Assembly: GCA_964187785.1 (NCBI GenBank)
Contig: OZ076413.1
Location: 44,518,001-44,582,000 of the forward strand
Source of the DNA: Amphiscolops sp. MND2022
Lineage: Eukaryota
Length of the DNA: 64,000 nt
Direction: 5' to 3'
The position numbers were made by a program, and so were the translations under genes. Shown one piece after another: positions 1-11,900 of the stretch (position 1 is the first letter of the stretch; every line of letters starts with the position of its first letter). Below the pieces are notes generated by a model that did no database searches, was not told the origin of the DNA, and saw only the letters and a program-made list of their open reading frames with translations.

Positions 1-883
1 GAAGACATTTTCCCATTGCAATGAACACGATGCGAAAATGATATAAAAGTGCACAATGTACGTCAAGATGAAATTACCGAAGGGGGAAATGAATACCGTC
101 ACGGTAGCAAATCTAAAAATCTAAATCTAAATACAGGTTGGGAGAGATGATTCTCAAAGGTATTGAGCCAAAGAGTTTGAATTAAGCATAACTTAAATGA
201 TACTATTTATTATTAGTGGAACGATTATTGGGGGCGGTGATGGTTTTGGGGATTATTAGAAGAGATGGGTTAAACTTGACAGATTTAAACTTGAGATCAA
301 AGATCCAAGAGGTCCTAAGAGCACTGATGACGCGGCTGAGGTGATCAAATCAGTCAGCCACTGTAACTATTGAATAAGTTTATCACAACAATTAGGCTCC
401 AATTATCTCATCTGTTCGAAATTACGTCCACTGAAAATTTTAATGCATGGGAATTGAGGCACAATTGAAATTAAGATAACGTAGTGAGTACAACGTAGCG
501 AGGGTCTATATGCCACCCTCATAGCAGGCGGAACATATAATGTGGAGGTGCCGAAGGAACAGGTTTTAATACAGATCAGCAATGCAAAAAAGTCTGCTCA
601 AAATCTCGTGTTTTTGGCCAGTCTGCTTATTACACTACCTCCTGAACTGAGCCTTTGAACAAGCTTCCGTATTTAATTAGTAGCAACGACTGGCAATTAA
701 TTGGTTTTTTAATTTTCGGCAATAAAAAGTTATTTTTCGTTTGCAATTATTCGAAATAATTATTGAAAAAATGCAAAAAAAAACTTTAGCGCCCTTGTCT
801 GTGATTGGTCTTGGAATTTGTTTCAAACTTTTTAAAAGGAAAGATAAATATAATGAGAATACCACCACGCTCGACAAACTAAC

Positions 884-1336
884 TTTGTTTTTCGTTCTTC
901 AGAGCATCCGGTAGAACCAACGCAAACGCCATTCCACTGGAAGTCGCGAAAGGTTTTATTTTTTCATTGCCAAAATCAAGATATTCATCGTTCAATATCG
1001 GCTCTGCCACTTCCATAGTACGTATATTGTCATCTGCTGCAAATTCCGTAGGACAAACGTTCTCCTGTAGAGGTTGGGGAACGGCCATGTCAACTGTGGT
1101 TTCCTCCTGAACCATTTTCGGCCACTCAAAGCTTGATGCAGCTGACTCCAAAATGCAGTCATTGCTCAAAACTAAAATTTCATTTTCTTTTGCTTTTTCC
1201 GTAGGCTTGGGCTTAAAAAACAAGGGTTCAAGGCTCTCCAAGCTTTCAGGAGCACCGAAATCTTCGCAAAGCTTTTGTTCCAAGTCCACTGCATTTTCAG
1301 TGTCTCTAATTGTCTCCACTTGAACGAATTCATCAT
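884..1336 (-). CDS. Giant gene exon (phase 1-1), copy 2 of 14984-15436; the gene continues beyond the window
   Basis: Same splice sites and same 146-aa ORF translation at an offset of exactly 14,100 bp. Confidence 0.8.
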
Positions 1337-1673
1337 CTAAACATCAAAGATTTTGTTGAATCCCAATTTGGAGAAAGCGAAACAGTATTGAATGTGTAAT
1401 ACTGAACGAACCATATTTCTTAATGCAAGACGGGTCAATTTTTGGTTACTCCTTTTGGGTTTTTAATAGTATCTACCGTATCCTCGTAACGGAAGCCACT
1501 ATTAGGATCTAACGTCTAATATTTTTGAAAAACAAAAATATCTGGGATCTATAACGCCTGAGATCTAACAGGGACTCGAAAAACTCTGCTCCCGCTAGAT
1601 TTTTTTGTGCTTGATGTCGCTTAGCAAGACCTTCGTTGGCGGCCGCGGGGCACTACAGAAGTTAGAGACGTGC

Positions 1674-2038
1674 ACTAAAACGTGCATGCCAGCAGCAAAT
1701 GAGATCGTTTTGAAACACTTTCATCATATTCCTGATACAGACAACTAGTGGAAATGCTTATGTGGCAAAGTATTAATCCAAAAGAAGAATTTCGGGTTCA
1801 TGAACTTGTTTAACCAAATCAAATCTCAACACCCTGAGTATTCCAATAGTATTCAACTAAAACGTGCATGCCAGCAGCAAATGAGATCGTTTTGAAACAC
1901 TTTCATCATATTCCTGATACAGACAACTAGTGGAAATGCTTATGTGGCAAAGTATTAATCCAAAAGAAGAATTTCGGGTTCATGAACTTGTTTAACCAAA
2001 TCAAATCTCAACACCCTGAGTATTCCAATAGTATTCAA
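1674..2038. repeat. Intronic tandem duplication, 2 x 182 bp
   Basis: ctaaaacgtgcatgccagcagcaaatgag...ttccaatagtattcaac repeated at an offset of 182. Confidence 0.9.
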
Positions 2039-2609
2039 CCAAAAATTAGTTCCTGTTTTTCTGTAGTGCCACATTTTACCAGCGAAAATTCCACTTGTTA
2101 TTGATAGGTGGACGGAAAAATCCACACATTTTATTGGAATTTTCGCCACCTTTCCAGTACAGAATGAGCACGGCTACGAATCGATTTCATTATCGTTTTC
2201 ACTCATGGCCACCGAAACATCATTTACTGCACAACATCTTGAACACATTGAATACGTTTCAGAGCTTGCATAATCAGAAAGACGAAGAAAACGTAGTAGA
2301 AATACATGAACGTCAAGTTTTTTCTTCCCACTTTTTCAGCTCTGCAATGTACGCATATGGTGATTTGAAAAGAAATCTGCTGAAATACAACCTAGCTTTT
2401 TTGAAACTCAATCAGAGATTTTGGGAACATCGCAACATCTCTGTTGTAAATGAGCGTTATTGTTACTACTATTTGCAATTATTAAATTTTAAAACTTGTA
2501 ATTAAAAATATTTGATTTTTTGCAAAGCAATGTCTTCAAAAAATTGCAATTAATTCTTATTTTACAAGGGACCAGAAATAGTATCTAAAAAATAATAGAA
2601 AAAATAAAT

Positions 2610-3305
2610 AGAACGTCTAAAGTCGGCCCTATATCTAAGGCTCAAAAAGCGCAAAGTTTTTAAAATTGTAAAACGGGGACCCTTTGGGCTTTTTGAAACT
2701 CCAGTTTGTGGCAAAATATGAAAAAAAAAATGAAGAGGCACCATTTGGAAACTTTTAAAAACTTTCAAAAAAAATTCACAGTGCCGAAAAATGCAAAAGA
2801 GATTTTTAACAACCATTCTGTTGCAAAAAATCGAAACAAATAAAGGGACCCTTAGACGCAATCCAAAAATTTGCTACAGAGTCTCATAGTGCCGAAAAAA
2901 CCCAACGAAAAACACCAAAATAGCCAAAGGGGGATCCTTAAAATGATTTCGAAGTTCTGGACATCGATTTTGTTTCTTTTTGTTTTGGCGAGGTTCTGAG
3001 GTCTCGAGAATTTTTAGGGGCGCGAATAACGTCTAAAGGAATAACGTCTAAAAGGTGTTCCGGGAATAACGTCTAAAGGAATAACGTCTAAATTCAATGT
3101 ATTAAGATTGGGAATGAGCATGACTGAGTTGAGCATGACTGAGCATGACTTGGCTTTAGACGTTATTCCTTAGACGTTATTCCTGCTCCCCGAGAATTTT
3201 GAACCTCCGTAGTTCAAGTTGAACAAATGAACAAAACAGTGGACCTTACGCATCTAAAAAACGAATAAAAAAAGAAAAACTTTTCTTCAAAAGCACCGAC
3301 TATAA
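2610..3305 (+). repeat. Dispersed repeat family copy (GGGGACCCTTT / CTCA(C/T)AGTGCCGAAAA motifs, ends AAAGC(A/G)CCGACTA)
   Basis: Related segments at about 53640-53997 and 57608-57940; interrupted by a MITE near 3016-3191. Confidence 0.55.
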
Positions 3306-5461
3306 ACGAAAATAAGGACAACAGAAAAATATCTAAAACGTCCAAAAAAATGTCAAATAACGTCTACAGTATCTAAAAACGTCCGAAATGTCTAAAAAAC
3401 GTCAAAAGACATCTTTGCTTTGGGAAAATGGGAAAGTATTTAAAGAAATAATATCTTCCGATCCTTCAAATTGGCATGGATGAGGCGGTTTTGACCAATC
3501 ATACGGTTCTAGAGACTATTCCTGCAGAATAATGAGCATGATTTGGCTTGACACGTTATTCCCGTTTTGTATTCAGACGTTATTCCCGCTTAGAGGATAT
3601 GATAACGTCTAAAGGAACAACAGATAATTCTTTTTATTCCTCAATAAAGGAACAACGTCTAAAATTCAATGTTTTCAGATTGGGAACGAGCATGACTGAG
3701 CATGACTTGGCTTCAGACGTTATTCCTGCTCCCTTGATTTAGGGGACCAGGAACAGTATCTTAAGAAAAATATCTGAAAAAACTGTCGAGAATGATATCT
3801 AAAGGAATAATATCTAAAATCCAAATTGAAGGAACAGTATCTAAAAAACGCGAATAAGATCTAAAACTGAGAATTGTATCTAAAATCTGTCAAAACGCAT
3901 AATATACAACTTCCTATAGTCTTCAATATCATTTTCATCACATTCTAATCCACTGTCATAGATTTCAATGGGATACAGGTACTTTCCCTAAATGGAGGGC
4001 TTATTCGGAGTATGTATACTCGCCCTCACCGTCAAGAAGACCAGCTCTCACTACGATCCTTTTGTGATCTCCGTTCGACCGGTAGGTCTTTGATCCTGCT
4101 CGACCTCGCTTAGCAAGATGGGAACAAAAGCGTCCCCAAGGGGCCGCGGGGCAGTAGAGTAAATGGGGACATATCCGAGGCACGTTTTACACTTTAAACA
4201 ATTCCCAAATCGTGAATAACATCTAAAAACGGAAATAACATCTAAAATTTAGACCTTAGTTACGATTCGGGAGCTGGCATTCTCTAGATCTTAGTTACAA
4301 AAAGTGACATTTAGATCTTAGTTCTTTAGATCTTTGTTACAGAAGTGCGTTTCGATCTTATTCTCCCTCCCAGACGTAATACCTGCTCCCCCTGGGGAAC
4401 AGGAATAACGTCTAAGGAATAACGTCTAAAAGTCCACCGGGAATAACGTCTAAAGGAATAACATCTAAATCTGAAATGAACGGGAATAACGTCTAAAAAA
4501 ACGGGAATAACGTCTAAAAAGTGGAATAACGTCTAAAAAGGGGAATAACGTCTAAAAAGAGGAATAACGTCTAAAACTGACATACGTTTAAAATGTCAAA
4601 AAACGATCAAAATACGTCTGAAAAACGGGAATAACGTCTAAAATTGGCAAAAACGTCAAAGAATCATCAAAATACGTGGCAGCGGGAAGAACGTCTGCGG
4701 AACAAAATCTAAATACAAAACGGGAATAACGTCTAAAATAAATCATTTTTTGAGACTAGCGTCTGAAGTTTCAGACGTTATTCCTGTTTCGAAAAAGGCT
4801 TTCTGAAAGCGAAAATATCAAAATGTGGGGCATATGCGGTGTATGCACGCTCGCCCTCACCGTCGCAAAGACCAGCTCCCACTACGATCGCTTCGCGATC
4901 TCCGTTCCCGCTAGGTCTTTGCTCCTGTTCGACCTCGCTTAGCAAGATGGAAACATAAGCGGCCCCAAGGGGCCGCGGGGCACTAGAAGGAATGGGGACA
5001 TATCCGAGGCACGTTTTATATTTTATATCACTTTTTGGTTTGAGATTTTAAACGAGTTATTTTTTTCCAATTCAATTTGTTTTTCCCGCTTCTCAGTCGT
5101 ATTTCGATGACTTTCGGATATTTTGGGCGTTTTTCTGGATTTTTTACGTTATTCCTTTTTTCGGACGTATTTGCATAGTTTTTTGATATTTTGGACGTTT
5201 TTTTCGATTTAGGAACAAATACCCATCAGACACATAGACTTTTGCTCGTATTCCGTGGCCTTCGATTATTTCATAGTTCATTCCTGAAAACTAGAGCAAG
5301 GGAAGGAATTTTTCAGCACGAGGAACAATATTTCAAAATCGGGAATTACATCTAAAAAACGGGAATAACGTCTAAATCTTTAGACGTTATTCCCGAAAAA
5401 TGAGTAAAATTTAGACGTTATTCCTTTAGACGTTATTCCTTAGACGTTATTCCCGCCCCTA
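3016..5461. mobile_element. Cluster of nested or adjacent MITE/foldback-like elements with GGGG(A/G)...GGAATAACGTCTAAA termini and subterminal repeats
   Basis: Many GGAATAACGTCTAA copies, forward at left ends and inverted (TTAGACGTTATTCC) at right ends, e.g. 4394-5459 and 3740-4391. Confidence 0.7.
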
Positions 5462-5903
5462 GCTCCCCCTTATGGTTTGTTTTCAGCATTGTGCGTCCTT
5501 TCTTTCGAAATTTTCAATTTTTCAATGAAGGGCCCCAAATTGATTTTCAGTTAGGACAAGACGTTCAGGAAGCACAGGGGCCCCTTTAGGAAATTTCGAG
5601 GATGAAACTTTCCTCAGCGTTGTTCTTTTAATGTTTAGATAGAAACGAAACAAGAAAAAGGTCGGTGATGATAAATGTGACGCACGATCAGCACGAAAAA
5701 ACGATGAATAAAAACAAAAAACAAAACACGCTCAAATTGTGATAACTGTGATTTTTGTCTAAGGGCCACAGCATATTGTGAGAAAATGAACTGAGTATCA
5801 CCGGGCTGGGGTGTTTTCAAGAACTGTATTTAAAAATACCGTTTATATCATTCCTAAAATGCCGAATTCAAAAAGTCACTGCCAACAAATAGTGGCCTCT
5901 TAC

Positions 5904-8900
5904 CTATAAAAGTTTCTTCATCGGGTACAACATCTGCTTTCTCAGGTTCCGCAACATCCAAATCGGTAGGTGTGATCTCAGTGAAAACCTCCAGAACGTC
6001 TGTTGCTTCAGGACTGTCACTTGGTGTTGTAGTTTCTGCAGACAACTTAACGCTGTCACCAGCAGTTATGTCTTTCAAAGCATCAAAGTCTTCTGGGTCT
6101 TGTTCACTCAAGTCCACTTTCGCAACAGCATGAGAACTCTCAGTGGGTACAGTGTCCTGACTAGGAGCATGCGCTTGCAGTTCCGCCTCGATGCCTGGTT
6201 CCACAAAGATCTTCGCCAGTACACCTTCTTCGTCATCGACTTCTTCTGAAGGCTCAATTCTAGTCATCACAACATCAGACGTTTTGACACCGAGTGTAAT
6301 CGCTGGTTCTTCAACGCCCGTAGCAACTTGGGGTTTTTCTTCATCGGGTACAACATCTGCTTTCTCAGGTTCGGCAACATCCAAATGGATAGGTGTGATC
6401 TCAGTTAAAACCTCCAAAACATCTGTTGCTTCAGGACTGTCACTTGGTGTTGTAGTTCCTGCAGACAACTTAACGCTGTCACCAGCAGTTATGTCTTTCA
6501 AAGCATCAAAGTCTTCTGGGTCTTGTTCACTCAAGTCCACTTTCGCAACAGCATGAGAACTCTCAGTGGGTACAGTGTCCTGACTAGGAGCATGCGCTTG
6601 CAGTTCCGCCTCGATGCCTGGTTCCACAAAGATCTCCTTCGCCAGTACACCTTCTTCGTCATCGACTTCTTCTGAAGGCTCAATTCTAGTCATCACAACA
6701 TCAGACGTTTTGACACCGAGTGTAATCGCTGGTTCTTCAACGCCCGTAGCAACTTGGGGTATTTCTTCATCGGGTACAACATCTGCTTTCTCAGGTTCGG
6801 CAACATCCAAATCGATAGGTGTGATCTCAGTCAAAACCTTCAAAACATCTGTTGCTTCAGGACTGTCACTTGGTGTTGTAGTTTCTGCAGACAACTTAAC
6901 GCTGTCACCAGCAGTTATGTCTTTCAAAGCATCAAAGTCTTCTGGGTCTTGTTCACTCAAGTCCACTTTCGCAACAGCATGAGAACTCTCAGTGGGTACA
7001 GTGTCCTGACTAGGAGCATGCGCTTGCAGTTCCGCCTCGATGCCTGGTTCCACAAAGATCTCCTTCGCCAGTACACCTTCTTCGTCATCGACTTCTTCTG
7101 AAGGCTCAGTTCTAGTCATCACAACATCAGACGTTTTGACACCGAGTGTAATCGCTGGTTCTTCAACGCCCGTAGCAACTTGGGGTTTTTCTTCATCGGG
7201 TACAACATCTGCTTTCTCAGGTTCGGCAACATCCAAATCGATAGGTGTGATCTCAGTTAAAACCTCCAAAACATCTGTTGCTTCAGGACTGTCACTTGGT
7301 GTTGTAGTTCCTGCAGACAACTTAACGCTGTCACCAGCAGTTATGTCTTTCAAAGCATCAAAGTCTTCTGGGTCTTGTTCACTCAAGTCCACTTTCGCAA
7401 CAGCATGAGAACTCTCAGTGGGTACAGTGTCCTGACTAGGAGCATGCGCTTGCAGTTCCGCCTCGATGCCTGGTTCCACAAAGATCTCCTTCGCCAGTAC
7501 ACCTTCTTCGTCATCGACTTCTTCTGAAGGCTCAATTCTAGTCATCACAACATCAGACGTTTTGACACCGAGTGTAATCGCTGGTTCTTCAACGCCCGTA
7601 GCAACTTGGGGTTTTTCTTCATCGGGTACAACATCTGCTTTCTCAGGTTCGGCAACATCCAAATCGATAGGTGTGATCTCAGTCAAAACCTCCAAAACAT
7701 CTGTTGCTTCAGGACTGTCACTTGGTGTTGTAGTTTCTGCAGACAACTTAACGCTGTCACCAGCAGTTATGTCTTTCAAAGCATCAAAGTCTTCTGGGTC
7801 TTGTTCACTCAAGTCCACTTTCGCAACAGCATGAGAACTCTCAGTGGGTACAGTGTCCTGACTAGGAGCATGCGCTTGCAGTTCCGCCTCGATGCCTGGT
7901 TCCACAAAGATCTCCTTAGCCAGTACACCTTCTTCGTCATCGACTTCTTCTGAAGGCTCAGTTCTAGTCATCACAACATCAGACGTTTTGACACCGAGTG
8001 TAATCGCTGGTTCTTCAACGCCCGTAGCAACTTGGGGTTTTTCTTCATCGGGTACAACATCTGCTTTCTCAGGTTCGGCAACATTCAAATGGATAGGTGT
8101 GATCTCAGTTAAAACCTCCAAAACATCTGTTGTTTCAGGACTGTCACTTGGTGTTGTAGTTCCTGCAGAAAACTTAACGCTGTCACCAGCAGTTATGTCT
8201 TTCAAAGCATCAAAGTCTTCTGGGTCTTGTTCACTCAAGTCCACTTTCGCAACAGCATGAGAACTCTCAGTGGGTACAGTGTCCTGACTAGGAGCATGCG
8301 CTTGCAGTTCCGCCTCGATGCCTGGTTCCACAAAGATCTCCTTCGCCAGTACACCTTCTTCGTCATCGACTTCTTCTGAAGGCTCAATTCTAGTCATCAC
8401 AACATCAGACGTTTTGACACCGAGTGTAATCGCTGGTTCTTCAACGCCCGTAGCAACTTGGGGTTTTTCTTCATCGGGTACAACATCTGCTTTCTCAGGT
8501 TCGGCAACATCCAAATCGATAGGTGTGATCTCAGTTAAAACCTCCAAAACATCTGTTGCTTCAGGACTGTCACTTGGTGTTGTAGGTTCTGCAGACAACT
8601 TAACGCTGTCACCAGCAGTTATGTCTTTCAAAGCATCAAAGTCTTCTGGGTCTTGTTCACTCAAGTCCACTTTCGCAACAGCATGAGAACTCTCAGTGGG
8701 TACAGTGTCCTGACTAGGAGCATGCGCTTGCAGTTCCGCCTCGATGCCTGGTTCCACAAAGATCTCCTTCGCCAGTACACCTTCTTCGTCATCGACTTCT
8801 TCTGAAGGCTCAAGTCTAGTCATCACAACATCAGACGTTTCGACACCGAGTGTAATCGCTGGTTCTTCAACGCCCGTAGCAACTTGGGGTTTTTCTTCAT

Positions 8901-11900
8901 CGGGTACAACATCTGCTTTCTCACGTTCGGCAACATCCAAATGGATAGGTGTGATCTCAGTTAAAACCTCCAAAACATCTGTTGCTTCAGGACTGTCACT
9001 TGGTGTTGTAGTTTCTGCAGACAACTTAACGCTGTCACCAGCAGTTATGTCTTTCAAAGCATCAAAGTCTTCTGGGTCTTGTTCACTCAAGTCCACTTTC
9101 GCAACAGCATGAGAACTCTCAGTGGGTACAGTGTCCTGACTAGGAGCATGCGCTTGCCGTTCCGCCTCGATGCCTGGTTCCACAAAGATCTCCTTCGCCA
9201 GTACACCTTCTTCGTCATCAACCTCTTCTGAAGGCTCAATTCTAGTCATCACAACATCAGACGTTTTGACACCGAGTGTAATCGCTGGTTCTTCAACGCC
9301 CGTAGCAACTTGGGGTTTTTCTTCATCGGGTACAACATCTGCTTTCTCAGGTTCGGCAACATCCAAATCGATAGGTGTGATCTCAGTTAAAACCTCCAAA
9401 ACATCTGTTGCTTCAGGACTGTCACTTGGTGTTGTAGTTCCTGCAGACAACTTAACGCTGTCACCAGCAGTTATGTCTTTCAAAGCATCAAAGTCTTGTG
9501 GGTCTTGTTCACTCAAGTCCACGTTCGCAACAGCTTGAGAACTCTCAGTGGGTACAGTGTCCTGACTAGGAACTTGCGCTTGCAGTTCCGCCTCGATGCC
9601 TGGTTTCACAAAGAGCTCCTTCGCCAATACATCTTCGTTATCAACACCTTGGGTAGGCTCAATTCTAGTCATCACAACATCAGACGTTTCGACACCGAGT
9701 GTAATCGCTGGTTCTTCAACGCCCGTAGCAACTTGGGGTTTTTCTTCATCGGGTACAACATCTGCTTTCTCAGGTTCGGCAACATCCAAATGGATAGGTG
9801 TGATCTCAGTTAAAACCTCCAAAACATCTGTTGCTTCAGGACTGTCACTTGGTGTTGTAGTTTCTGCAGACAACTTAACGCTGTCACCAGCAGTTATGTC
9901 TTTCAAAGCATCAAAGTCTTCTGGGTCTTGTTCACTCAAGTCCACTTTCGCAACAGCATGAGAACTCTCAGTGGGTACAGTGTCCTGACTAGGAGCATGC
10001 GCTTGCAGTTCCGCCTCGATGCCTGGTTCCACAAAGATCTCCTTCGCCAGTACACCTTCTTCGTCATCAATCTCTTCTGAAGGCTCAATTCTAGTCATCA
10101 CAACATCAGACGTTTTGACACCGAGTCTAATCGCTGGTTCTTCAACGCCCGTAGCAACTTGGGGTTTTTCTTCATCGGGTACAACATCTGCTTTCTCAGG
10201 TTCGGCAACATCCAAATCGATAGGTGTGATCTCAGTTAAAACCTCCAAAACATCTGTTGCTTCAGGACTGTCACTTGGTGTTGTAGTTCCTGCAGACAAC
10301 TTAACGCTGTCACCAGCAGTTATGTCTTTCAAAGCATCAAAGTCTTGTGGGTCTTGTTCACTCAAGTCCACGTTCGCAACAGCTTGAGAACTCTCAGTGG
10401 GTACAGTGTCCTGACTAGGAGCTTGCGCTTGCAGTTCCGCCTCGATGCCTGGTTTCACAAAGAGCTCCTTCGCCAATACATCTTCGTTATCAACACCTTG
10501 GGTAGGCTCAATTCTGGTCATCACAACATCAGACGTTTTGACACCGAGTGTAATCGCTGGTTCTTCAACGCCCGTAGCAACTTGGGGTTTTTCTTCATCG
10601 GGTACAACATCTGCTTTCTCTGGTTCGACAACATCCAAATGGATAGGTGTGATCTCAGTTAAAACCTCGAAAACATCTGTTGCTTCAGGACTGTCACTTG
10701 GTGTTGTAGTTTCTGCAGACAACTTAACGCTGTCACCAGCAGTTATGTCTTTCAAAGCATCAAGGTATTCTGGGTCTTGTTCACTCAAGTCCACGTTTGC
10801 AACAGCTTGAGAACTCTCAGTGGGTAAAGTGTCCTGACTACGGGCATGCGCCTGCAGTTCCGCTTCGATGCCTGGTTCCACAGAGAGCTCCTTTGCCAGT
10901 ACATCTTCTTCGTCATCAACTTCTTGGGTAGGCTCAATTCTGGTCATCACAACATCAGACGTTTTGACACCGAGTGTAATAGCTGGTTCTTCAACGCCCG
11001 TAGCAACTTGGGACTTTTCTTCATCGGGTACAACATCTGCTTTCTCAGGTTCGGCAACATCCAAATCGATAGGTGTGATCTCAGTTAAAGCATCTGTTGC
11101 TTCAGGACAGTCACTTGGTGTTGTAGTTTCTGCAGACAACTTAACGCTCTCACCAGCAGGTATGTCTTTCAAAGCATCAAAGTCTTCTGGGTCTTGTTCA
11201 CACAAGTCAACTTTCGCAACAGCATGAGAACTCTCAGTGGGTACAGTGTCCTGACTAGGAGCATGCGCTTGCAGTTCCGCCTCGATGCCTGGTTCCACAA
11301 AGATCTCCTTCGCCAGAACACCTTCTTCGTCATCGACTTCTTCTGAAGGCTCAGTTCTAGTCATCACAACATCAGACGTTTTGACACCGAGTGTAATCGC
11401 TGGTTCTTCAACGCCCGTAGCAACTTGGGGTTTTTCTTCATCGGGTACAACATCTGCTTTCTCAGGTTCGGCAACATCCAAATCGATAGGTGTGATCTCA
11501 GTTAAAGCATCTGTTGCTTCAGGACAGTCACTTGGTGTTGTAGTTTCTGCAGACAACTTAACGCTCTCACCAGCAGGTATGTCTTTCAAAGCATCAAAGT
11601 CTTCTGGGTCTTGTTCACACAAGTCAACTTTCGCAACAGCATGAGAACTCTCAGTGGGTACAGTGTCCTGACTAGGAGCATGCGCTTGCAGTTCCGCCTC
11701 GATGCCTGGTTCCACAAAGATCTCCTTCGCCAGAACACCTTCTTCGTCATCGACTTCTTCTGAAGGCTCAGTTCTAGTCATCACAACATCAGACGTTTTG
11801 ACACCGAGTGTAATCGCTGGTTCTTCAACGCCCGTAGCAACTTGGGGTTTTTCTTCATCGGGTACAACATCTGCTTTCTCAGGTTCGGCAACATCCAAAT

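Noticed and set aside
1..670. Possible decayed LINE 3' fragment
   Set aside because: Only vague coding-like texture with stops in all frames and no recognisable RT motif.
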